A DNA stretch of 64,000 nucleotides, taken from positions 14,756,001 through 14,820,000 of the forward strand of contig OZ193909.1 of assembly GCA_964276515.1 (NCBI GenBank). Direction: 5' to 3'. Origin of the DNA: Gordius albopunctatus. Its lineage: Eukaryota. Below the pieces are notes generated by a model. The model worked only from the letters and a program-made list of their open reading frames with translations, searched no databases and was not told the origin of the DNA. Made by a program: the position numbers and the translations under genes. Numbering within the stretch: position 1 is the stretch's first letter; every line of letters starts with the position of its first letter. This document shows, piece after piece, positions 14,121 through 26,300 of this stretch.

Positions 14121-14197
14121 AATATAAATATTTTCTTGTATCCGTTTTAATATTATATATCAGATGATTTTATATCTATTCGTCTTTTATAATTTTA

Positions 14198-14350
14198 CTA
14201 AATGAACCCAGTAAACGTTGTTTTGCCATTTACCCGGGTGTATTAAATTACGTTGAAATTTTAGGGCATATATGATGATAAAGCGGTTATTGAAGTAAAA
14301 ATAAAGTTTGATGTCTATATGTTCTACTTCTATTGTTCTATTTCCGTATA
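14198..14350 (-). mobile_element. Short non-autonomous Helitron fragment, same family as 46909-49109
   Basis: Minus strand ends GGCAAAACAACGTTTACTGGGTTCATTTAG|T, like a Helitron 3' end. 14262-14350 is nearly identical to 48768-48859. Confidence 0.7.
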
Positions 14351-15464
14351 ATAGATTAAGAATATATCAAATATAATTGGTATGGAAATTAATTTCAAAA
14401 AAATAAGTAATAAGTTAGCGATAACGACGAGTGATAAGGAAATAAAAAAGGCAAATTCATAATTGGAGAAGCTTTTTTAAACCAAATTTGGTTTGTTAGA
14501 AAATTTAAATGAAATTAGAATGAAATTTAACACTTGCATGCATTGTGTAAATTTGGGCATGACGCTTTTGAATTATGTCTAGACGGCCAATGTGAAGTGA
14601 ATTATGAACAATGAAAGGGCTACTTAAATATAAATATTTCAATCCTTTCTTTGGACGTAGCGAGGGACTTGATGGAAATGGTTTCGGGCAAAGATTATAA
14701 AATAAACTTGGGGACGGGTGGCAAAATCAAGTTTTTAAACTTCTTTAGCATTTTCCATATACAATCAGATAAAAAGGTTTAAAAAATCCCATTAAACCTG
14801 ATTTCCCGAATCTTATCATCATGCCCGCCCGGGCCCGCCCGAAAATAAAATAATAAGACAGTTTCCCGGCCCGGCCCGTGGGCGCCAAATATAGAGAAAT
14901 GCTAAATATTTTTCTACCCGTCGCAAATAAGTCCCTAATTTTTAAGTCATTGTATTCTACAGAAAAATACTTTCTCCCTTTTCATTTGTGAGATTGATCT
15001 AAAGGAATAATTATTATCTGCCATCATTTATATTTGATCATTTTAATTGTCATGATTGGCTAAACTCCTTTAATATTTCTACCAATTATTGTGAATAATA
15101 TTGTTAATTAATGAAGTCAAAGCAACGCTTAGAACATGGACGTAGCCAGAACCATGCCCCTTAAACTTTACGGTACACTTTCCCTCATTCCTCCCATAAT
15201 TGTATAGCAAATACATTGCTTTGTTCAAAGTATAGAAGAGCATAAACTTAAGGCTTTACAGGATCACATATGGGGCCCAGGGTCGCTGGGGAGAGTAATC
15301 ACAGAGAACGGAGTTTGGGAGGGAAGGACCAAGTGAATTTGTTAAAGCGCAAAGTATATTTTATTTAAATAAACATAAAAAACTTTGGTAAGTTATAAAT
15401 GAAAATAATAGAAAATTTATGATAGATCAGAAGGGGTCCGAAATGAATTTTTATTGCTCAAGAA

Positions 15465-15742
15465 CGAACCGATCAATTCATAAGCTGGTAATTTATAGTG
15501 GTGTATAGCACAACGTGGATAGAGCATTTAACAATGTGGTAAAGTTATAATAGAGGAAAGCAGCAAGGTGGAAAAAATTAATAAAATACAATGGTCCTGA
15601 CCTGACGAACCAATCTAATTCATGAGCTGATAATTTGTAGTAGTGTATAGCACAACGTGGATAGAGCATTTAACAAAGTGATAAAGCTATAATAGAGGAA
15701 AGCAGCAAGGTGGAAAAAATTAATAAAATACAATGGTCCTGA
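15465..15742. repeat. Tandem duplication of about 140 bp
   Basis: ACGAACC...ACAATGGTCCTGAC occurs twice head-to-tail with a few substitutions. Confidence 0.9.
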
Positions 15743-17242
15743 CAAAAAAAAGTTGTACAGTCTGATTGTTATGTTTTGGGAGCAACCAGTCCTAGATCTC
15801 TAAACAAAAATATTATGATTTTTAGGTAATATTAAACGAACAATAGTCTATAGAGTATTGTCCGCAACGTTATTTAGTATCTCTTCTGCATATTATTAGA
15901 GAATTAAAAAATATATTAAAATTTTAAAGAACAAAACAAAATTGTCGTCTCATTTATAAAAATGAGAAATTTTTACTTAGAGGTTGATTATTAATAATAG
16001 CATTTTAAAAATATTTAAAGTGTAATTTTTCTCTTCTTGAATTTATTTTTATAATTGTCACCTATGGCACAATGTACCTTAAAATTATAAACACATAAAC
16101 TTAAATTTATATTAAACTTAACATTTAATAATGTCATGATGTGATTTTTTGTGTTGATTGAGTAATTCCGTCCGAATAATTTGCTCAATGTGCCCGCATC
16201 TATTTATGGATCGTCCCAACAATTTTTATGGTAATTTTTATTTAAGGCAGCAGATGCAGAAATGGGTATTTTCACGGGAATTTTAATTGAAGGTATTTTC
16301 ACGGGAATTTAAGAGAAATAACGGAAAAAAACGAGAATTTGGGGGAATTAATGGGGTAAATAAACAATTAAATTAAAAAATAAATATAAAAAACATGCTA
16401 ATATACGAAACGAAAAGCGAATTAAGTTTATTTCTCCAATAATATATAATATTTTATCACAAATTAACATCACATTAAAAGTTAAAAATTGTCAATATCT
16501 GAACTTTGACTATCTTCATTAAGCGAAGAAATTGATTCATCAGAGGAAATGATAGCGTTTTGGTTTAAAACTGACAGTATCATTCAAGTGCATATTGTGT
16601 CACATCGAAACTGGTTTCTTGACCTTGTCATTCTTCATCCAATTTCGAGATTTAGAATGAACATTTCCAAACGTAGACCAAATTCTTTCCGTGGAAGCAT
16701 TAGTGGCAGGAATCGAAAAATGTTTTACAGCAACTTCTGACAAGGGTTGATTCGTGCATAACCCATTCCCCCGCGTCAAGGGTGAAGTGTAGCTTACACT
16801 ATCCCATATAGAGCTTTCGGCAATAAGCCGTCTTTTGTGCGAAATTCTGCCAAATTAGCAATAACTTGGCTACATTTAGATCCGCGCCTTGAGAAATAAT
16901 TTTAACAACTTGAAAGGCTTAGCCAATTTCTTTAGTCCTCAGATAAAGTCCACAATACCCTGAATCAAGCAAATTTGCCGCAAAATGAAAGCGCTAACAG
17001 CAAAACATCTTTATTTTCCTGATGAATTTTTTAATTGAGGCTGTATCGGTTTGCCTAAATTCCTTACTATAGATTTTATTAAAATGAATGTTATAAAAAG
17101 CTTCGGGCACATCCGACAGTAAGCCACTGTCACTTTCTATAAAAGTTACTTTCGTCAAAATGACATCTAAAATTTTTTTCCTACTTTCTCCCAAAAGACA
17201 TCATTGTCAAGCAAATTTAAACGTTTGCTGCGATCAACAAAT

Positions 17243-18485
17243 CGCTAGCTGAGAATTGGAGTTCTATATCTGCGCAAAACTCCGAAATGAGATAATTGAG
17301 TTCAAAATTTGAAATGCTATAAAATCTAAACTTATTATTCATATGACTTGAAATTAAGTTTGATAGTGTAAAGTATTAGCATCTATATTATTTTAGCCAA
17401 AAATGTCGATTTTTTTTTTATTTCATAAAAAAAATTGATTTTTTAAATTTCAGACAGAGCAAAGTTCTGAATTTTTTGCGATTTTATTTAGCTACTTTGC
17501 TCTATCTGAATTTTTAACCGCAAGTTTTAAGGTTTTATTGACATTAGATTTATGACTTATAACTTTAATAATAAAATAAATATGAGATTATTAAATTAGT
17601 TATATATTATAATGACTATATTACTTTAATTACTCAAATTTATTCAATATTATAAAAAATTATGATAATTTGGGGGTTGTGTACATTAAGGTAAACTATG
17701 AAATTTTTTAAATATCTTTGAGTATATAATTAAATTTCTAAAACAATTATAATGATTTATATCCTTTATATAGCTAAATTATTTAATGGGAGCAATTTGT
17801 AGCAATCATACTATTTACAACAAATACTATTAATTTATTAATTATAAAATAAATTATACATGCAAAAGAATATCTAGTAGAAGTACAATCAATTATATCT
17901 ATGTTTATATAAATATTTCCTTTAAAAATTGAATTTTTTTCCTTTCTCTTGCAAACTTTGTTTTGGCCATAACAATCATTTTTTACCATGCGCAATAATG
18001 AACAAAGCCTAAAATTAATATTATTATTAATCATTTATACAAATTTTGCCTGTAGTCTGATTTCAACCATCATTTACAATTTTTTGATTTGTCACCTTGA
18101 GACTTATATATTAGTTATGGCTATATTTTTATATTAATTTTACTTATCTTCATCCGAAATAGTTCTTATTTATTAATGTTTGACATACAACAATGTGAAA
18201 AGTAATTGTAGAGATATTATTCGAATTAAAATTTAATAGCAGACGATTTATTCACGTGATTAAATATGCGCTTGCGATTGGCTAATTTCAGATAGCGCAA
18301 ACCAATTCTGAAAAATATTGACATTCGCGATTTTAGCCAAATAAGAGCCTTAACAGCGAAGCCAAAAAAAATTTCCCACATTTTTTAAAATGTTTATGAT
18401 AGAATATATAAAAATCTACCAAATAGCACTTTTACTTTAAAATTTTTAAAAATTGCAGATAGAGCACTCCAATTCTCAGGTAGCG
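17243..18485. mobile_element. Non-autonomous DNA transposon with 4-bp AAAT TSD (Sola1-like) inserted in the hAT transposase
   Basis: About 30-bp TIR CGCTA(G/C)CTGAGAATTGGAGT; AAAT at 17239-17242 and 18486-18489. Confidence 0.75.
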
Positions 18486-19754
18486 AAATGTATCCATAAG
18501 GGCTAATTCTTGAAGAATGTCTTTATTTATCTAAAAGCTATGGAGCATTATTACATTACCTCCCCATCTTGTTTGACATGGTTTTAAGGTTTTGATCACT
18601 TTTCGTTAGTCTGTTTTTCTTTGAAAGTTCAAGATAAAATTGTATTAACAAATTATATATTTTTAATATTTTTTTAACTTTTGCTGTTATAGTTTGGATA
18701 CTGGTGACTTAATTGCAAATATCTTTAATTAAATAATTCAGTCCGTGTGCTGCACAGTCAGAGCACTCAATTAAAGGAAGTTGAGATTTAACTATTTTCC
18801 AAGCCTGATTCATATTTTTTGCATTGTCCGTTAGAATTGCAGTAAAGTTTTGAGTACCAATTTCTTGCATTACCTTGAGAACTTCACTAGATATATACTG
18901 ACCAGCGTGAGCATTCGACCCTGTATCCATATATTGTAGAAAATGGGTTTTGATGTCATTTTAATAAAAATATTCATAGACTCTCCCCTAATATTTGTCC
19001 ATCCATCGCCGCTGACCAATGTAAAATTATAGACTTTTTCATTTATAATTGTTTTAATCTTGTCAAATGTATCATTTAGCCAGGAACCTCCTATTGCTTT
19101 TCTAGGTTAAATTTTGTAAGAAGGTTTTATAACTTCAAAAAAGTCCTTCCAATAATAATTATCAGTTATATTAAACGGACAGTTGGATATATAGATAGCC
19201 AGTACAAGCTTTTTATTAACTTTTCTTGTTGCACTGAATTCATGCTATGGAAGTACTGATTAATATATGATGTAGATTGTTTTGAAGTAATTAAATTTGA
19301 TGTTAACACAGGTGTTTTTTAAGTGGGGAGTTTGTTATCCAATACTGCAGAAATTGTAGATGATTGTGGGGAAATTGGAAAAACTTAGAATTCTAAGCAT
19401 TTTTCCCCTTGCATACTCTACATATTTATGGATATGGGTAGACATTTTTTCTGGGTTAGGAAATTTATATTTAAGATTGCAATAATTCCAGATAGCAATA
19501 AAACCTTCAAATAAGTAGACAAATGAATTTAATTGAGTTAACTGTGTGTATGAAGTGGAATTGAAAAATATGATACTAAACTAAATTTAAAGTCAAACAG
19601 ATTTAACTAAATGTTTATTTTAATTTATAAATATGTGTAGCTAACCTAAATACAAATAGACAACTGAAATTACAAAGTTAAATGCTAGTTTAATTTTAGA
19701 TATTATTTTTTCAGAATTAAGTGTTAGAAAATAGTTTCAAGTAAAATAACAATA

Positions 19755-21400
19755 GGCGAAAAAATGAATCCCATTCACAATGCCAATCATCCACAACGCC
19801 AATGACTGTAACAAACTAGACACAAAAACTAAAAACAATAATTTAAATGAAAAATAGTAATATATTAAAAAATTACTAAATATAAAGCTATTAATAAAAA
19901 AATAAATAACATATGCATAGGCTTTTAATTTATATTCATTTGCACATAAATTAATGAATACTTATAGAGAGTAAGGTGCACACGACCTTTTATAATGTAA
20001 GGTATACACGCTTACGTATTTTTAATGATAAGCCATAGGCTATCATTTTTAAGTAATAGCTCATTATACAGTTAATTTTATTATAATGATTATCTTATAT
20101 CTATGTGTACTTAGAATATTATTTAATAACAGTAAAATAAGGACTATATTTTAAATTAATTTTGTATATAAATAAATATATTTGCATTTGTATTACAATT
20201 ATGACTTATTATAGACTAATATATATTTACTTTATAACAAAATGCATAAGTTAATGATACTTATATATAGTTGGATATTAGCAAATTAATTATAAATTGA
20301 AAGTTTGCAATCTGATTAATGTACATTTTTGGATTTAATTACATTGTCTAAATATATGAACTTTTTTATAATTATACTATATATTATTTGTTGACAAATG
20401 GATTAGTATTGAATTTACTTGAGTTACAGAGATCTAGATCTCTGGGATAATATTGATAAAACATAGATTTTTATGATTTGCATATAATTGATATCAAATA
20501 AACTTTATAGTATAATTATGTAATACCATTTTTCTATTTTCTAATATTGATAAATGAATCGATATTAAATGGGCATTAGCCTTACAATTTATAAAATATA
20601 AACAAGATGAAAAATAGAAATAAGCATGGCATGGCTATTTATAACACATTAACCAACGTCCAAACACTAAAATTCCTAAGTAAAATAAAACTTAAAATTT
20701 TTATATATGAAACTCAATTTTAATTTTCAGCATTGACTTTTTTCTTTGATTTAAGTGAGTGAGATTAAATAAATTTGATAGATTATAATTACTATTTACG
20801 TGCCAATGATCTAACTTTATTATAATTAATGTTTATTTTATAGAAACAAATTAATTTTATAATTTTTTCTGTTTATCAAAGATATAAACGTTGTTAAATA
20901 TGACAAACATTAACTGATTTTACAATTTGAGATATTATAATTCTAAACTGAGGAATGGGTTGAGAAGTTTCCAAAATAGAGTTTGCACTAACACCTAAAA
21001 AATTAGTATACACTTCAGAAATCTACTTGGTGGTATTATAATTCTAAACTGAGGAATGGGCTGAGAAGTTCTAAATCTAGGAATAGGTTGAGAAATTTCC
21101 AAAATAGAGTTTGCAGTAAGACCTAAAAAATTAGTATACACTTCAGAAATCGACCTGGTGGCCTTATAATTCTAAACTGGGTTAGGATTTATCTAAAATA
21201 CAGGTGTTTTTATTAAGGATTTAGGATAAATCTGTGCGGGAGATACGTTCAAATTGGAATTTTGCCACTATTTAATTGGTTGTCAATACTAGACGTTATG
21301 TCACATACCTCCAAAACTTTGGTAACTTTTGATTGGTTTAGCCATTGGCATTCTGAAGCATTGGCATTATGGACGATTGTCTTTTTTGAACAGAAACGGA
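19755..21400. mobile_element. Probable non-autonomous TIR element with internal direct repeats
   Basis: Imperfect inverted AATGCCAAT-containing ends. Internal repeated blocks TTATAATTCTAAACTG(AGGAATGGG) at about 20935, 21036 and 21164. Confidence 0.45.
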
Positions 21401-23339
21401 AAAAATGCTAAATATCAGTTACCACGAGAAAAATATGAAATTATATATGATTAAAATAGTTAAAAAATAAAAGAATTTCTAAATTTTATGTTAAAAGCAT
21501 TAATTTTTTAGGGGAATTTATCATAGGGAAAATTCATTTTCCCCGCGGGAATATTCCCGAGGAAAAGGGAATATTCTCTCTAGTGCCATCTCTAAGTGGT
21601 AATTTGCCTAGGTTCTTTATAAATCTAGGCATAGAGTTGGATTGTAATCAGGACTTAATTATTTATTTTTTAGACTCATCGTAATATAATTATAAGCGCT
21701 TAGATTCTTAAAATATTCACTAATTAACATTGGCCTAACTAGCATTTTTCACTTGGTGGAGGGGGGGGGCGAAGTTATGTTTCACACCAGTGCAGAGGGG
21801 TCAACGGAGATTTAAAAAAAATTCCATAGCTCTGTAACAAACTTAATTAACTATTGGTTTGTGTAATTTTTTTTCAAAATTTGCTCGAGCTCCTACCTTT
21901 TTAAATCCATATCAAAATTAAATACCCAAATCTTATATCTTCCCTCTTAGCTTTGATTTACACATGAGCATGCGAAATTAGTGACCTACAACGGACTTCT
22001 TTATATCAACCACCCCGCTCGTTTCAAATATTTAAAAACCTGTGCCCGGTTCTGGTCCAGCCCGAGGTAGTATACAAAAAAATTTAATTTACTTCTTTTC
22101 ATATGGGATTGTAATTTTCTCAAAGAAACAATTAAACAATATATATATCAAAGATGTTAATAATAATAGACAAGAAATAATACTTACAAAAATATTCAAT
22201 TACCTCACTCTAATGTTTTAAGATTATTAAAGGGTGTGATTGGAGTGAACCATATATATATATTGTCTTTATTCAAGACTTATTAAAATGCGCGTTTTGA
22301 TATTGATGGAATTGGAAGAATGAATAACGATGAAATATTATTTAATGTACATTATTAATTTAATAAATATTAAATAAATATAAATTACAGAAAATTAAAA
22401 AAACAGACCTTTCTTTATACTTTTTGATACACAAAAATATTTATATGATTTTGTAAGGGACCTTCAGCGTCCATTACAAAATATTACCGCCCGTTGCCGT
22501 TTAATATTTTTTTGGAGCAAAATCCCGGCTCACGGTTTAAGTTTTTAGACCAAATGCGTGCCGGTGTTTAAGCGTAATTACCCGCAACAATCTAAAAAAT
22601 TTTATAATGAATAATCAAATAGTTTAATAACAACGAAACTATATAATTAAAAGGATTACATTAAACAACTTAAAGTTATATGGCATAAAGTGGGTTTGTA
22701 CAAATAAATTGAAGGCCCAAAATGGAATCGTTTTAATTTTTACAATAGGCAGTACAACACCAATTTCAATTAATATACCATACATATTTGATTGAAGCTG
22801 GTATTTAAAGCTAAAGGTTTAAAAAATTGTTAAGTTTTAATTTCTTGTCTTTTATTCATTACGCGTTAAACAAAGCGGAAATTTAATATAAATAAGTCGT
22901 TAGCTCAATCAAACGAATAACTTTTTGGAAAAACTAATAAATAAAATTATTTGTTATTCAATTGAGATATATATAATGCTTAATGAGGCCAAAGAGGCCA
23001 GTATTTTTTCCTTGGAGGGGGAGGCGAAGGGGTCAGGATTTTGCTCTTGGGGGGGGGGGGGGGTTGACTACTTCGGCCCCCACCAAACTTCGCCACTGCT
23101 AATTAACAATGACTTCAATTCTAACCTTGACTCTGGAGCTAACCCTAATACTTGATTTAACGTTAAATATTCTTCCACGTTACCGATGTTGTTAGAGAAT
23201 TGTAGGCTCGTTATAAATGGTGGGCACTAGTTGATAAGTGGCTAAGAGCTCAGATTAGTTGAATGATTTCGTATTAATACATATGTTTAGGTTCATTGAC
23301 TGCATATTGAAATTCCCGGGATAATCAAAAATTGAAAAT

Positions 23340-26300
23340 ATGGCAATGATTCAATTAAAAGATGAAATCTTAGCATCTTGTAATGCTCTTGGATTTATGG
23401 AAGGTGAAAAATATATGAAAGAGCCAGATTGCCTAGGTATAATTTTTTTGCAACATATTATACCTATATAAATAGAAACTCTTAAAGAAATCCTGAAATA
23501 TTTAAAAAAAGATAATGAATATCATGATGCACGATATTATTTGGGAAATCAATCAATTGTTCAGCATGATTTAATACCATTAATTATTTTTTATCACAAA
23601 GATAAAAACCTATTTGATATTCTAATTAAGTAATAATATCCAAATCTTTTAATATAAAAGTTAGACTTCTTGCTAATTTAACACACCCTATTATCTTGCT
23701 TTATCAAAACAAAAAACCACAAGATGTTCATGGACAAAAACGATATATAGAACTTAATGACTTACTATCTTTATATAAAAAAGTATTTTAAATAAGAATT
23801 TTTTTAACTTAATAGGCATTTATGAATGTTGAATTGTTTCAAATAATTAAGGAAAAACTCTCAGATCTACTTCAATTGGTTAGTTAATCTAAAGCTTAAT
23901 ACATTTTTTTATACATTTTAGGAGTGGGATCAAACATTTGAAGAAGAAAATTATTTCATTGAGTATATATTAGTGCTTATAAGAAATATACTTTTTGATG
24001 ACTCTCTCTCACCAGCCCTTGATGCTACAAACAATATTAATGCTATCTTATAGTATATTTTTTTTATAAAATTTTAATTTATTGTAAAGTGTATTTGAAA
24101 AGTCTGGTATTTATCAATTGTTTTTATACCTTGCAATATCAGAAGATCATCATGCTTTTAATATGCATGTTTTGGAAATAATATATCTCATTTATATAGG
24201 ATATGTAAGTTTAAATTTATTGTCTTATAAATGACATTTTTATTAGGATGCTGAAAGAATTGCAAACCTTGAAAATTCAACCAAGATAAATGAGTAAAAT
24301 TTAAAAAAAAGATATATTATTTTTTTACAAGTAACAAATTTTTTAAAACTGTTTTTTAAATTGTAGTTATATATGTCATAAATTATTTAGAGGCTAGCCA
24401 TTTAATGAATATTAAATTTATATCATCATTTATCTAACCCTTTATTATTGATGGATCTATAGTGAAATTAGCAAGTTGCGAAAGATTGAGCACATTCAAC
24501 AAAAAAGTCTCAACAAACAAAGGTATAATTTTTGATAGGATTTAAACGATTAAATTTATTAAATTATTGCTTCATAAATAATCTATTAAAAATATAGAAC
24601 AGAGCTGCAAACAGTTTGAGTAACCTTTAAAACCCTTAATTCAAGCTTGTCAAAATGATTAATTTTATAACTTTTCTGAAAAACATAAATAAAATCTTAA
24701 ATTCTAGACTTTATTTGCATCAATTCTGCAAATATTTTATTTTATATTGCCCATAATTCCTTGCTAATGTAAATGTAATATAGTCGTTCAGCTTTTTTAA
24801 GATATTTGAATCCTACCTATAGCTATTCATTATGTGAAAGGTAAGGAGACATTAATTTTATTATAATCGAAATACCAAAGAAAGATTGCTCTAAATTAAA
24901 TAAATATACAATACTACAGGTTCACCCCTGAAAATTATAGTATGGTGTAGTTAAATAAAAGTAATAATGTTCAAAATTAAATTTGATGAAACCTATTGAT
25001 TAACATTATTTGCTAGCCTAAGCCTTTTTTGTGCACTGTTTAATTATATCTATTTTATAAATGATAAATTTACTGGATTGGATTGAATATAAAAATCCAC
25101 TAAAAACAGCTAATACTACACTAATCTATTTCTTTTTTCACAAAGTTAATAAAGGCAATTTGTAATACTTACATATATGCCTACCCCTGTAAAATATATA
25201 TAAGTCTTTTTTAATCCAGCCCTGTGACTTCACGTGACAACCCATTAATTTCATGGATATAGTCAGGATGGGGGGGGGCAATAATGATTTAGGGATGGGC
25301 AAAATGATTTTTTTTATAGTAATTTTAGTCATAATTATATTAAACTTTGAATAATTTTTGGATTTACAGAGGGGCAGCTGCCCCTCTTTGCCACCCCCTG
25401 CCTACACCCTCATTTGATTTAATTATAAATTCTAAAACAACAATATATAGTGTTAAGGGTTAACTTTACTTTATAGATAAAGAGGTAATTAAATTGGCAC
25501 AACATCTATTCCAAAGTGGAAAGGGAATTGTTCTTAATTTAAATATATTGACTCTAACAAAAACTAATTCCGTAGTTACATCACACAACTTTAATTTATA
25601 CCATTAATATTAATTGAATTTTGTTGAAAATTCATTTAGAAGGACACAAAGGTGGTTGTAAAATGAGTTAATGTTGTGTTTGAAGCCTAAAATCGACTTG
25701 TTATTCTAATTTATAACAAATTCTTACAGGTAAATTTAATCGTTGAACAATATGCGTGTTTTTAGTTTTTAAAAAGCCTAATTCATCTATAAAAATTATA
25801 TATTTTATTTCTATTAAAAACAGAAATTTATTATTTGTTATTAATTTAGAATGTGACACTAAAATAACACAAAAAAAACTATATGTTTTGTTTAGTTATT
25901 TAGCATGGTGAGGGAGGACTATTAAAAGTGTTCTAAAACACAGTTCTAACTTTAATATTCTCTTTAAATTTATATACGTGCGAAGAAATGAAATAATTTC
26001 AACTGTACAATTTTACCATGGATAGGAGAGATAGATTTAAGGGAACCTATTGCTTGCAAGGATTTAAATCAATTTCGGAAAACGACATGATCACTCATAC
26101 CATAAGCGGGGACATTAAAGATTTACTCAAAGATTGCGACAGAAAGCCGATTAAAAAGAGCAAAAATCGGAGCTCGGTCGGGCAAAAAATTACGAAACCC
26201 ATCACTTCACCTAATACTCACCGCTTTTTGCACGATTTTGCCGTAAAATTCCTTCGGGTCTGCTATAATTCCTTCATGAAAAACGTCAAAGTACCTCACT

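Larger units (their letters stand above)
16257..21594 (-). mobile_element. Degraded hAT transposon (DUF659-type transposase) with nested insertions; boundaries approximate
   Basis: Dimerisation motif PATNASTERIWSTFGNVHSKSRN at about 16600-16710. LTDNAKNM...CAAHGLN at 18709-18930 and DGWTN near 19000. CGGGAA subterminal repeats at both ends; GCCATCTCTA terminus at about 21594. Confidence 0.72.

Noticed and set aside
23222..23300. tRNA or SINE-like head upstream of TIMELESS
   Set aside because: Only a weak A-box resemblance; no B-box or cloverleaf
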